A stretch of DNA of 64,000 bases, taken from the NCBI GenBank assembly GCA_965112155.1, contig OZ218101.1. One strand, 5' to 3'. The translations under genes and the position numbers were made by a program. The notes beneath the pieces were generated by a model. That model had not been told where the DNA came from. It made no database searches and was given only the letters and a program-made list of their open reading frames with translations. Positions 14,201 through 26,166 of the stretch are shown here, one piece after another; the first letter of the stretch is position 1, and the number at the start of each line of letters is the position of its first letter. This stretch comes from Podarcis liolepis (lineage: Eukaryota).

Positions 14201-15530
14201 GGGATAAGGGCAGGTGTTTCCATTGTACAAGTGGAATTCTGTTGTACAAGTAGAATGGCAGCAATTGATACAATCCTGTTAACTTTTGGGATGCCCCGAG
14301 CTGCAGAATTTTTATACTTGTTTCACAGATGCTGATATTCAGTTTGCCTTTTAAAACTGATTTATTATCTCAAAGTAATATTGAGAGGCCTATGAAAAGA
14401 TTAAGGAAGGTCAAACTTAATTCTGAAAATGCAAAGATGGTTGTGGAGAAGTAATAGTTTACTTTCATCTCAGTATTGTGAGAAGCAAAATAAGAGTTGG
14501 CCTCAAAAGTATAAGAGAGCCAGACAACATCTGAGGAAGAGTTTCACAAATTTAGGAATATTTCCTTAAGGCTCTAAAACATGTCAACTATACATCCAGA
14601 ACTATAGTACCTGAAATTCTTAAAACAATAAGTGTTAATTCCAGGTAGTATGGAGCAGCATGAAAAACTAAATAAATACTGGATTTCTTAACACCAAAAG
14701 AGAAATTCTTCTCCAGGGAATTTACAATATTTACTTAGGCTTGATATAAATGCCTTTTTCACGCACTGCTTGCTATGCCAGAGTGAACTATGAGATTGTC
14801 CCACTTGAACGAAGACAAATTCTCAGTCTCCAGAACAGCTAAGGTTTGCTCCATATTGGATGTATATAAATTTTGCATTAATTTTATGAAAAACATAAAG
14901 GTGATTTGAGGTATATATAGGTCTCTCTGGATCTGCCTTCAAAATAGATTCCCCCCCCCCACTCAAACGAGGGCTTTGTAACTATATGAACATAGCGGTA
15001 AATCTAGAAGTTGCCCTGTATATGATACATTAGTTGATTTCCAATTACATAGAAAAACATATTTTATTTAGAAAACCAGTTTTATCCTTGCATTCATCTT
15101 ATTTCCTCAGTACTCACTCTGTATTAGATTGTACAAGAGGAGGACTTTCCAGGCATTATATGTAAATTAGCAAGATATTGCTTTCAAACAGTAACACACA
15201 ACATTATACAATTATGAAATAAATACAACAGAGTGACCTGGTTTGCATGACTTATAAGCCGAACTATGGCTTACCATGACTGTGTGGGAATTCAACCTCC
15301 TGAAGAGGAAATTGTAACTGCTTTGCTCCTTTGTTCTTTTTCTGGCGAGGCCACACCATGTTGCCCAAATAAGGACTTGTGTTTAAGCTGCCTCCACACT
15401 AACCACAGGCTGTAGCCAATATTTGCAAAGCTGTTTTGTCTGATACTTGTAATGCAGTTTTAAGCATCAGAACATTGAAATGTATCTGCATCATCCTAGA
15501 AAGGTGCATGTCAAGGATTCGTAAAGACTA

Positions 15531-15765
15531 CAGTGGTACCTCAGGTTACATACGCTTCAGGTTACAGACTCCGCTAACCCAGAAATAATGCTTCAGGTTA
15601 AAAACTTTGCTTCAGGATGAGAACAGAAATCGTGCTCTGGCGGCGCAGCAGCAGCAGCAGCAGCAGGAGGCCCCGTTAGCTAAAGTGGTGCTTCAGGTTA
15701 ATAACAGTTTCAGGTTAAGAACGGACCTCCGGAACGAATTAAGTACTTAATCCAAGGTACCACTG
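15531..15765. mobile_element. Tc1/mariner (Tigger-like) MITE
   Basis: TIRs CAGTGGTACCT / AGGTACCACTG, TA at the left flank (CA at the right), internal repeats of GCTTCAGGTTA. Confidence 0.85.
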
Positions 15766-17483
15766 CATTAGTGTTCCACAGTAAGAACTCTGCCCTTCCC
15801 CCATAGTCAATACACTCTCTCTTTCTCTCTCTCTCATATATTACTTTTTTAAATCTGCCTTTTTGCAGCAACATGTTATTTTGCTTATCTCCATTTACTT
15901 TTAATGAAACATAAGCATTTGTTTAAACATCAATTTTTTCAGAGGAGATTTTTCAGAGTTTATCCCCCCTCCCCATCTAAATCTTGGTGTGTTTTTTTTA
16001 AAGTAAAAGAATATTTGGAGGTGGAGAAAGCACCGTATTTAATGGTATTTAAATACTGGTCTGTTGCACCCAATATATAGGGTAGGAAGATGTAAACGTC
16101 AAGCTTTCCATGAAACATTCTATGACAAAAGTCAATTTTCATTTTATTTTCTTGTGCTTCGTAGCACAATATTTGCAATTGGAGTAAACAAAAAAACCCC
16201 ATGATATTCCCCCACTCCCCGACATGTCCCATGCTAGCTAAGTTGATATATAAATTACAAGTTTACTCCAGGCAGCCTGCTTGTGACCTTCAGTAGCTGA
16301 TTGAAATGCAGAATTCCTCTCCACAGGGTGTATTCCATGACCATTTGGACTGCAGTTCTAGCCCACCACACAGCAGATCCTGATAGTCATGCCATATTTT
16401 AATATCCTATATGAGGCAGGTTTGATAGGTAAGTGTATATAGCTTTCTGTGAAGCAGATATTTGAACGACATTTAGGTTGTATGCAATAAAATTATTTTC
16501 ACTCAGACTTACACTATTTCTCTTAGAAACATGTAACAATTATTGCTAGCATTTGCAAATGCATATGCAGCTGTTAAAGGTATTCTATCATTGTATTATT
16601 ATTTTTTACTATAAGAAGCAAAAGAAAATACTCATTTCTAATGCTTAGCTTTATTGTTTTAATTTAGTATTAGTAGAAGCAGTAGCATAGCAAATATTCA
16701 GAGTAGTCATTCTTAACTTATAACACTGAATCTGCTTTAAATGGCTTCAGCTAATTATAAATCACTGTGTGATAGATCTTATGTGGAATGCCCTTCAAAT
16801 CCTATTACTCTTTTTGATAAAAGGAAGCCATTTCCAGTAAGAATACTTGAAGAATTTGATCTCAGAGAATTACACTGTGAATTGATTTGATCTGTACCTC
16901 CAGAACTAATGTTCAGATTGAAATTCACTTATCCCCCATATTTCACACATCGTATTTGCTCATCCACCATATTTCCAAAATATTCCAGTGTAATTATTGG
17001 TTTTAAAAATGTATCAAAAGTACAATGAGAAATGTGCAGTTTGAGGGGGAAACATTCTTTTGAATGAATATCTGAATGTGATAGTTTGTATAGATTATTT
17101 ATTTTTAACATATTAATGTGGATGGGATGGGATAGACTTTTAAGTGAGAAAAGAGGTGAAAATGGCATGGACTTGAAATAGGCCCATCTCCAGTGCCCAG
17201 TATGTGTACAAAAGAACCTTTATTTATTTATTAAATCTATATCCTGACTTTCCTTCCAAAGAAGCCCAGGGTGACAAGCAACAAGTGATAAAACAATGAA
17301 AGCATCTTAAAAGCAATTCCAACACAGATGCAGACTGGGAAAGATTTCAACATAAAAGGCTTGCTGAAAGAAGAATATCTCATGAAGGCACAAAAAAGGC
17401 AACTGAGATGGCTCCTGTCTGATATTTAAGGGGAAGGCATTCCAAAGGGCTGGTGCCACAACACTAAAGGCCTGATTCCTATA

Positions 17484-17803
17484 CAGTGGTGCCTCGCAAG
17501 ACGAAAAGAATCCGTTCCGCGAGTCTCTTCGTCTTGCGGTTTTTTCCGTCTTGTGAAGCAAGCCCATTAGCGGCTTAGCGGATTAGCGCTATTAGCGGCT
17601 TAGCGGATCAGCTGATAAGCAGCTTAGTGGCTTGGGGAAAAGGGGGGGAGGGGGAAAAAACCCCGCAGGAACTCGCAAGACATTTTCGTCTTGCGAAGCA
17701 AGCCCATAGGAAATTCGTTTTGCGAAGCACCTCCAAAATGGAAAACCCTTTCGTCTAGCGGGTTTTCCGTCTTGCAAGGCATTCGTCTTGCAGGGCACCA
17801 CTG
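17484..17803. mobile_element. Tc1/mariner (Tigger-like) MITE, CpG-rich and probably young
   Basis: TA TSD on both sides; TIRs CAGTGGTGCCTCGCAAGACGAA / TTCGTCTTGCAGGGCACCACTG; internal TTAGCGG tandem repeats. Confidence 0.9.
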
Positions 17804-17810
17804 TAATGTG

Positions 17811-17936
17811 CAGAATCATATAATTGCAGATCTGGAAGAATGAGGATCATCTAGTCCAGGACTATACAGCTGTCCCACATGGGGGTTGAACCTGCAACCT
17901 TGGCATTATCAGCACCACGCTCTAGCCAGCTGAGCT
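17811..17936 (-). mobile_element. tRNA-derived SINE with a CR1-like tail
   Basis: The minus strand begins AGCTCAGCTGGCTAGAGCGTGGTGCTGATAATGCCAAGGTTGCAGGTTCAACCCC (A box, tRNA-Ile-like loop, B box) and ends in a ...TATGATTCT tail; AGAAT occurs at both flanks. Confidence 0.75.
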
Positions 17937-20900
17937 GGAGAATAGACCTCCTGATAAGATGATATCTGTCAGAAGCTCTCACCTCAGAGCACTGTGATTG
18001 ACTGGATAAAAATAAGGGGTGAGACGATCTTTGAGATATCTTCATCCCAAGCTGTATATAGCTTAATACACCAGAACCAGAACCTTGCATTTAGCCTGGT
18101 AGCTAACTGGCACCCAACATAAGCAAAAGTGCTTTCATTGTATTACATTAAAAGCCCTTTATGAAATGCAATGAAATCACACTTTCAGCAACAGAAGAGT
18201 GGAGACAAGATATTGTGTAACTCTGTTGCCATCAGTGAAACTAAAAGACGATGAAGAAACCAAACAACCTTCTATAAATACGTTATAGTTGCTCACCACT
18301 ACAGCTGCAATACTGCACTCAAGGAGATAATATAACAAGGTAGGTAGGCTATAGGGGCTCATTGTTGCTAAAAAATTACAGGAACCTTATTTGTCTTGTT
18401 ATTCAATTTATGCAAGGCGTGTGAGTCTCTTGTTAACTTTGAAAGAGTCACTAACTTTAATAGACATCTAAACAATAAGTGACAATCCTTTTTTTAAGCT
18501 CCCTGAGAAGCCCTTTCTGTTAATTGTTCATCCTTTCTATTCACCAGTGCATCTTTGTTAAGCCAACTGCACTGTATTCAGTTGCTAAAAGCAATTCTGA
18601 AAGCTGTATTATATTGAGAGGAAATGTGAAAATTGCATGGCACTTTGCCCAAATAACATACTCAATTGTAAAAAATTAAAACATTGGAGCAGGAAAATAA
18701 CCATTGTGATCTTGTGCTGAATTAATAGACAATATTGCATTTGGGAGTGGGGGGATACATAGCCTTAACAGCTTAGATATTCAGTCAGATGTAGAAAAGC
18801 TACACATTTAAATTCAGTGTGTTATCATAACCCTGACTGCCATATAACACCACTTTGCAAGTATGAACACACTGCAGACCTACCACCAAACAATTAAAAC
18901 CCTCCATTTGGCAGAGTGATGCAAAGTATTCAGATCTAAATGGAACGGCTGGGAGGGAACAGATTTCATCCAATTCTTTCTTGTGGCTTAATAACATATC
19001 AAATTTGAAAGAGGAGAGATAAATTGTATGGCACGGTTTCCAACAGAGGTGACTTGATTACTCAAATGTTCCTGCTTGACTGCTCATTTTCCTTATATTC
19101 TCTGCACACCTGTGTCTATAGAAACCGAGTGTGAAGATCTGGTTGCTTGTTATATAAGTATGTAAATACTGTGCACATATTTCATTTTTTTCTATCAAAA
19201 AAATGGCTAAATATGTGTCCTTGACATGCTTTTGCCAGCAATAATATCTTAGTGAACTTGTGCTGAAAGTGGATAGGTTGGTTAAATTATCCTTTCTGGT
19301 TTCTAACAGATAAGCAAGAGTACTATGGTGATACGTTTGCAGAACAATTCCCAGGAGGTGCTCTTATAAAAATAGTGTATTAGCCTTTTATTTTTAAAGG
19401 AATGATAAAACCAGAGCAGACTTAAAACTAATTCAGCTATGAACTACTTGCAGTTGAACATGATCAAAAAAAGTCTGTAGACTTACCTTAATGTGCAGTA
19501 TTTTTCAACATTCACTTTTATAATACCTTAGAACATGTTTAGATGATTAAATATAAGGCCACTTGCCTTATACCACCTCCAGCCCTAGAGCCTTTATAAG
19601 AGAGCGGTTTCCAGAGGAAGAACTGTGAGAAGAGAGGCTCTGTTTGTCATTATGGGGTGATTGGTTTCACCTGTCCTGCCCCACCTCCAACCTGAGGAAT
19701 CTTCAGAAGCACTATGTGTATGTGTATTTTAATGAGCTGAATAGAGAGAGATCATGAGTTGTGGGAGTGTGGAGTGTGTGTGTGTTAGAAACTAACAGTG
19801 CTTTGTTTACTTTTTGTTTACTATTTTGTTAATGCTGTTAATATTGTTTATTATGAACTGTTATAACTTTATGTAAATTATAAATGCTGTATTGATTTGT
19901 TAATCATATATGACTTTTGCTTTAATTGTGATGTTTAGCTTATTTTTTGTTGCTTTGTTAAAAGCTTTATAGATTGTAATTGTTTTACTGATTTGTTAAT
20001 TGTTCTATATGAGTTATGCCGTTTTTGTGACATTCTATTATGTTATTCTATCATATTCTATCATATTATCTATTTTATCATACTATTGTTATTTACTGTT
20101 TGTAAGCCAGTTTGGGATTCATTTGAATGTTGGTATGCTCTTTTAAAAGCACATCCTAGTACAAAACACTTCCAGTTTATGAGGTTGTTTGCTTTTGGAC
20201 TCGCCTTGATTGAGTAGAAGAATGATGGATTATGTGAAATAGAATGTGCTGAGGTTGAGCCCTTGATCTTTAAAAGTGTGTGAGGACAAGCCAAACACCA
20301 TGGCTGCAAACAAGAGCTTTATTTATGCTGCAAAGTAATGCAGTGTATTTCTAAATACCAGAGGCTATGGACAAACAGGCAATGCTATCACCATATTGCC
20401 CTTAAAAAAAAAAAAAGACTTCCCTAGAACAGCAGACTGGCAACTAGATGGAACTTCGATCTCACCACCAAGCATAGCTAGGGCAGTCTGTATAATTTGC
20501 ATAGGGAAAGGATTGGATTCAAAGGTATCTTTTCCTAATGGAAGAATCTTTGGGCACAATACAAAATCTTCCTCCTATACGCACTGCTTTGCCTGGAATG
20601 CAGCAAAATTGTTTCCCCAGTTGTAGAATTACTTGATTTCTACATTTTGTTCTAAGAACAATTCTCCTAAGCAGAACACCAAATACTGGAATGTGAATTT
20701 CTTTTCAGTTTTTCTGCACAATCCTTTCTATACATGGTTGACCACATTATACATACATCTCTAAACAGTAAAAAACTACTTCACTGAAGATTTGTTGGCT
20801 TCTTAGTCAGGTTAATGAATAAAAGTTTCACCAAGAAATGGAAAACCTGAGGAATATACTCCACAAACGTAAGGGCAGAAAACTGAGGCTGTAGTCTCTT

Positions 20901-21034
20901 TCCAAAATCCTGTACAGCAAACACTGAATTGATGTAACTGAAGCAGATTAACAGCAACTGTGTGTTGTTGTTTTTTAAGCCCCCCAATTTTACTGCAGCT
21001 GTAATTACTGTGCACTAAATACACTGTATTTAGT

Positions 21035-21385
21035 GGGGATGTGGGTGGCGCTGTGGGTTAAACCACAGAGCCTAGGACTTGCTGATCAGAAGGTTGGCGG
21101 TTCGAATCCCCGCGATGGGGTGAGCTCCCGTTGCTCAGTCCCTGCTCCTGCCAACCTAGCAGTTCGAAAGCACGTCAAAGTGCAAGTAGATAAATATGTA
21201 TCGCTCCAGCGGGAAGGTAAACGGTGTTTCCGTGCGCTGCTCTGGTTCACTAGAAGTGGCTTAGTCATGCTGGCCACATGACCCGGAAGCTGTACGCCAG
21301 CTCCCTCAGCTAATAAAGCGAGATGAGCGCCGCAACCCCAGAGTCGGTCACGACTGGACCTAATGGTCAGGGGTCCCTTTACCTT
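21035..21385 (+). mobile_element. Full-length Sauria SINE
   Basis: tRNA-like head (GTGGCGCTGTGG A box, GGTTCGAATCC B box), characteristic body, (ACCTTT)n tail, 13-bp TSD TAAATACACTGTA (21016-21028, 21386-21398). Confidence 0.92.
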
Positions 21386-22480
21386 TAAATACACTGTAAA
21401 AAAACACCCTCTGCTAAGCAAGTGGGGGCAATTTCCATGATAATGAAAGGCATCTATATTCAATATATGATTGTATTTATGAGATCACTTGTGTAAACTT
21501 TATGAAAATATTTTCTGTAACCAAAGTTAGCTTCTGATTTCACAAAAGCATAAGAAATTTCCATAGTGCCATATATACATTAATACGTCCTCACAACATC
21601 CCTGTGAGGTAGGTAATGTCTATTCACTAGTTTTACAAATGAAACATTGATCCAGAGATTAAGTGAAATGGTGCATGTAATACAATTCTCATGCACTGAA
21701 CATAACATGTTGCTCTCATCAGGGTTTTTTTTTAAAATAGGAAATGCTGTTCTTGTAATACATATATACAAACCAGAACTACAGTTCTTTCAATACCTAA
21801 AAGCTTAACTCAGCAAACCTGATTGCATCCTTTACTTGAAAGTACAATTTCAGATAAGACATATTTCCCAATGGCAGAGGTCTGCTGGATAGGTGAAAGA
21901 AGCATTCTCCCTCCTCCAGAAGTTATTAAAAAGAACATTTGAATTGTTCAGTGAAAAACTGAGAAAAATTATGTATTGTCCTATTAAGCTGAAAAGAGAC
22001 TATGTTATGTATAAGAAGTAGAAATAAAAATTCTCCAATCTGTTCTTAGGTGTGTAGATTGTACATCATGAGGAAATAAAAGCTAATTAGTTTTTGCATG
22101 GGATGATAGGTTGAAAATACATATTTCTGAGTCACGCATGTTTATTGAACAAAATAAATGTATGGCACGCCGACAGGTTTAAACCGGTAATGTTATGGAA
22201 AATATGAGGCAACAAAAATTAAGATATACTTCTGTTGAATACTAAGGAATCTCTGCTGTTTATACTTGCTTGCTTGTGGTTTTTTTAAAATTTTAGGGCA
22301 TTATCCAGGCAAATCGTGTACCACGAGGCTTATATTGTATGGCAAAATAAGGTGGCCCACATTTGCTGACCAGAGACTTTGTTTTAGGCAAGTTGGCATA
22401 GCAGTGGGTACTCTCATTGTTAGTAGGGTTCTGTTAGTAGCAGTATTTGCAAACATACATGTTTGCCAGGAACAACTCAC

Positions 22481-22663
22481 AATTTGTGCATAGTTGAGTC
22501 TTCGAAATTGAGCAAATTTGCTCTCAATATCTCGCCAGCGCTTGCTGAGCTGTATCAGGGTTGGTTCCACTGCTTTTGCAGCCCCATCCTTAGACAAGCG
22601 ATCAGCTTGTCTCTGTACCGCATTCAGCTCTTCCTTCTTCTTCTCCAATTCTCGATCAATTTC
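22481..22663 (-). CDS. DMD: Dystrophin exon 41 (183 nt): EIDRELEKKKEELNAVQRQADRL...KFAQFRRLNYAQI
   Basis: Acceptor ttttgctcaatag|GAA, donor ATT|gtgagt. Confidence 0.96.
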
Positions 22664-23566
22664 CTATTGAGCAAAATCAATACAGGGCCCAGGACAATTA
22701 GCTAACTAGATAATAAACTCCTAAGAATTAGCAAAATACTTCGGTAGAATCTTTCCCAACTTTATTGTTACAAACAAAAAAGTACACTTATTTTTATTTA
22801 TTTTTGTTTACAATTAGACAGAAAAAAACAAAGGTGAGTATTGGGTCATTGATTTTAAATATTTAAGTGACATGTGTATTCTGGATAGTAATGTGGGCCC
22901 ATATATTAACTGTCTAATACTCCCTAGCACAGTCTGACAGGTAATTGGAAAGATAGCTGTAATGTACAGAAACCACATATTAAATACCCATAGTGATTGT
23001 CAGTTGCATGGTTAGAGTTTTTAATTGTTTTTCTCAACGGAGAAGAAGCAAAGAACTCAACGGAGAATGAAGCAAAAGAAGACGATGCAAAATAAACGAG
23101 GCAATTCTTTGACAACAAATAAGTAAATCTTTAGAATTTTGACAATGAAATATGTTTATGTTCTGATGAAAATGAATGTGCTAACATGAAAAAAGAGTTC
23201 ATCCATATACCGATAAGTCATTTGCTCATCTGGAATAAAGATACAGAATCAATTATTTTTTTCTATAAAGCAATGGAAGTTTCTAAACAGAGTACACTTG
23301 ATATACACAAGTAAAGTATTATTTCCTATAAGTTTCTAAAATCTATTTAATGTAACATTTGCAAGGACACAAGGATAGGAATATGCAATTCAACAAGAAT
23401 TACTTAAATCATTTAAATAATAATATTAAGTATTGAACTACTATATCTCTACATCTTATTACATTTACATACAGAGTGACACATATATGAACATATATAT
23501 ATATATAAAATAATAATAATTATAATTATAAAATAATATGTAACACTGCTTCTAAAATGGCATTAC

Positions 23567-23719
23567 CTTTAGCTTCTGTTCATCTTGGGGGTCTGGTAAA
23601 CTTGCTATTTTTTTCTCAATGTCATCCAGCCAGCTCATTAGATCATCAGCCTGCCTCTTATACTGATACCATTGAGGAGAAATCTCCAAAGCTTTTTTCC
23701 TTCTTTGAGACCTCAGATC
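23567..23719 (-). CDS. DMD: Dystrophin exon 40 (153 nt): DLRSQRRKKALEISPQWYQYKRQADDLMSWLDDIEKKIASLPDPQDEQKLK
   Basis: Acceptor gtgaacag|GAT, donor AAG|gtaatg; translated by hand. Confidence 0.95.
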
Positions 23720-24324
23720 CTGTTCACAATGCAGACATTATTAGAACTGCAAAAACAAGCTCATACTTGGCCTAGTTTGCATGTTGAAATAAGCCACAGT
23801 TTGTCTTAAACTACGGTTTAATTGTGATTTTACCTTCAGCAGCCACACAGGTTCTGTCAGCTTCTCCCCCTGCCCATTCAAGCAAGCCATAATATTATTT
23901 CATGTTTTATCCAAGACACAGTTTGGGATGAAAACCTCTGCAGCACGCAAAGAGCAGTCTTCTGTCAGCCTGCTGCATCCATACCTCAGTGCTACCTGAC
24001 TGGCCATCTCATTAGACAAAGAAACTACCTTTACCTAACTATAACTCTGCAGAGCATGTATGAATGGGTTGTGTGACTGAGAGCTCTTGAATCAATGAAA
24101 CTGATAAATTAGGTTGGAAAACTGGTGTCAATGTCTTGGTCCTTATGCTTTGATCCTGGCTTGCGTTTGTGATCAGTAGCAGATGATGGAGTATGGTGAC
24201 AGCCCTTACACGACCTCCCAACGGTGGAGTTGTATCTGCTAATCAGGAGGGAGAGTGGGGGGAGCAAGACAGGAGTGAATGCAGGCCCGTGCAGAGCTTG
24301 TATGCAAAACTCTTCTTAGAATAA

Positions 24325-24545
24325 AGAGCCAGGCAGAGGGCCTTCTTGGTGGTGGTGCCCGCCCTGTGGAACGCCCTCCCATCAGATGTCAAGGAAATAA
24401 ACAACTATCTGGCTTTTAGAAGACACCCGAAGGCAGCCCTGTTTAGGGAAGTTTTTAATGTTTGATGTATTATTCTGTTTTGAATCTGTTGGGAGCTGCC
24501 CAGCCAGATGGGTGGGGTATAAATAATAAATTTATTGTTATTGTT
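24325..24545 (+). mobile_element. L2-like LINE 3' end
   Basis: Translation RAFLVVVPALWNALPSDVKEI, followed by a tail ending GGGGTATAAATAATAAA(TTA)n. A shorter copy of the same tail lies at about 50920-50997. Confidence 0.7.
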
Positions 24546-24716
24546 AACAATTGTCAAACAAAAGAGCAGCTGGTCCCTTGCAGGGGCCCCCAGCTGGCTT
24601 AGCCCTCCAAGGCCTAGGAACACACCAGGGCGGACGCCAACACTGAACAAACACACCAGGAGGAGCACCATATTGGCTCTGTGCTTGGAGGTAAGCACTG
24701 CCACCACGCCTTTCCG

Positions 24717-24885
24717 CAGTGGCGTAGCGTGGGGGGTGCAGGGGGGGGCCGGCCGCACCGGGCGCAACATCTGGGGGTAGGGTTAGGGGGCGCAAATCCA
24801 CGTGTTAGGGGGCGCAAATCCACGGGGTAGGGGGCGCAAATTACTTGCCTTGCCCCGGGTGCTGACAACCCACGCTACGCCACTG
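24717..24885. mobile_element. Young hAT-type MITE
   Basis: Perfect 17-bp TIR CAGTGGCGTAGCGTGGG, perfect 8-bp TSD CCTTTCCG, three internal TAGGGGGCGCAAAT repeats. Confidence 0.93.
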
Positions 24886-26028
24886 CCTTTCCGTCTGCTA
24901 CTGTTCATTAGATCTAGACTATAATTGGTTTGTTTCAAACCATGAGTGCTAAAATGGAAATAAACTGCCACTGTGGGGGGGGGGAGGGGAAGAAGCTATG
25001 TGTGGGGGTGGGGGGAATCCGGAGAGGAAGCGCATTCACAATTAAAACATGGTTTAAGACAAACAGTGATTTTTTGCAACTTGTGAACAAGGCATATAAA
25101 TGGTGGCCAATATGTACACGGGGTGGTGGTGGTATATAAATAGTTATGCAAATATATGAACCATGATTGTACTACAAGTAAAGGCTAAATATTTTCTTAT
25201 TTACTGATTTCTCTAAGTAGGCTATGTTAATTTCTGAACAATGTATATACATCTTTCAATAAGTTTTAAACTATTCTAATTGATTGTGTTTTATAAATAT
25301 TATAGTTAAATTAAATTATGCATTATTGGGGATCCGCCCTTCCCTCTTAATCTTTCCCTATAATTCAATTTTCAGTCTACAAGGTACAAATTTGCTTAAC
25401 TACTCAATAGTCTTAGTGTTATACGTCAAGGCTGAATGCGTTCAGTGAGTCACAAAAATGAAAAATAAGATAAATAACCATGCCCCTTGTAAAGATTGTC
25501 AGTAAGAATCTGATCAATCTAAATAAAATTTTACTATCATTAAAGGCTTTGCATAAAACAGCTTTGCATAATACCAAAGCACAAAATCTGAATTACATAT
25601 ACAGTTTTCTTAATCAAAGGCATTTTAATTTGTCAGAAGAATGCACTGAAAAAAACACTGAAAAGTTGTAGAAATTCTAACAGTCCTGCATGGGAACCTA
25701 TCAAAAAGGTATGTTTAAAATGAATTGAAGGTTTTTCTCTATTCCTAGGCATAAAATGAAAAATAGCTATCTGCAACCAGGAATGTCAAATAGCAATGGC
25801 TGCCGACAAATCCTCTTTCATAATCATAGAGCAGACTGCATTGATTTCTTAAACAACAACTAGAAAACCATTGTGGAAGACCATATCTATGTGGAGGGGG
25901 CAAGATGCTAGGGTAGATGCTAAAGAACATCAGCTGTTGAGAGACTGCTGAACTCTCCATCCCTGCCCAATACCAACATATATAAAAAAGATCAGAGAAT
26001 TTGTGCATTTATTAGTTATGTTCTCTAC

Positions 26029-26166
26029 CTTGAGAGCATTATGCTTAGTCTGCAACAGGTGCTGTTTACTTTTTATTTCCTCTCTTTTTCTTTCATCTGT
26101 GATTGTTTGGTGAAGCACATTTCCTCGTTGAAGCAGTTCTTTTACAGTACCCTCATTATCTTCACT
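26029..26166 (-). CDS. DMD: Dystrophin exon 39 (138 nt): SEDNEGTVKELLQRGNVLHQTITDERKREEIKSKQHLLQTKHNALK
   Basis: Acceptor aaaaatcag|AGT (pyrimidine tract displaced upstream by an A-run), donor AAG|gtagag. Confidence 0.95.

Larger units (their letters stand above)
17219..18116 (-). mobile_element. L2-like LINE 3' fragment interrupted by a MITE and a SINE
   Basis: Minus-strand translation NQAFSVVAPALWNAFP resembles the L2 ORF2 C-terminus; (TAAA)n tail at about 17219-17232; LINE-like sequence resumes after 17937. Confidence 0.65.

Noticed and set aside
17870-17936. tRNA-Ile-like sequence
   Set aside because: No acceptor stem, and it continues into a SINE tail; this is a SINE head, not a tRNA gene.
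21033-21463. 82 and 125 aa ORFs
   Set aside because: Incidental frames across the Sauria SINE.
24405-24971. Several Pro/Gly/Arg-rich ORFs and short tandem repeats superficially like a CRISPR array
   Set aside because: The repeats lie inside a hAT MITE, have no unique spacers and sit in a vertebrate intron; the ORFs result from high GC.
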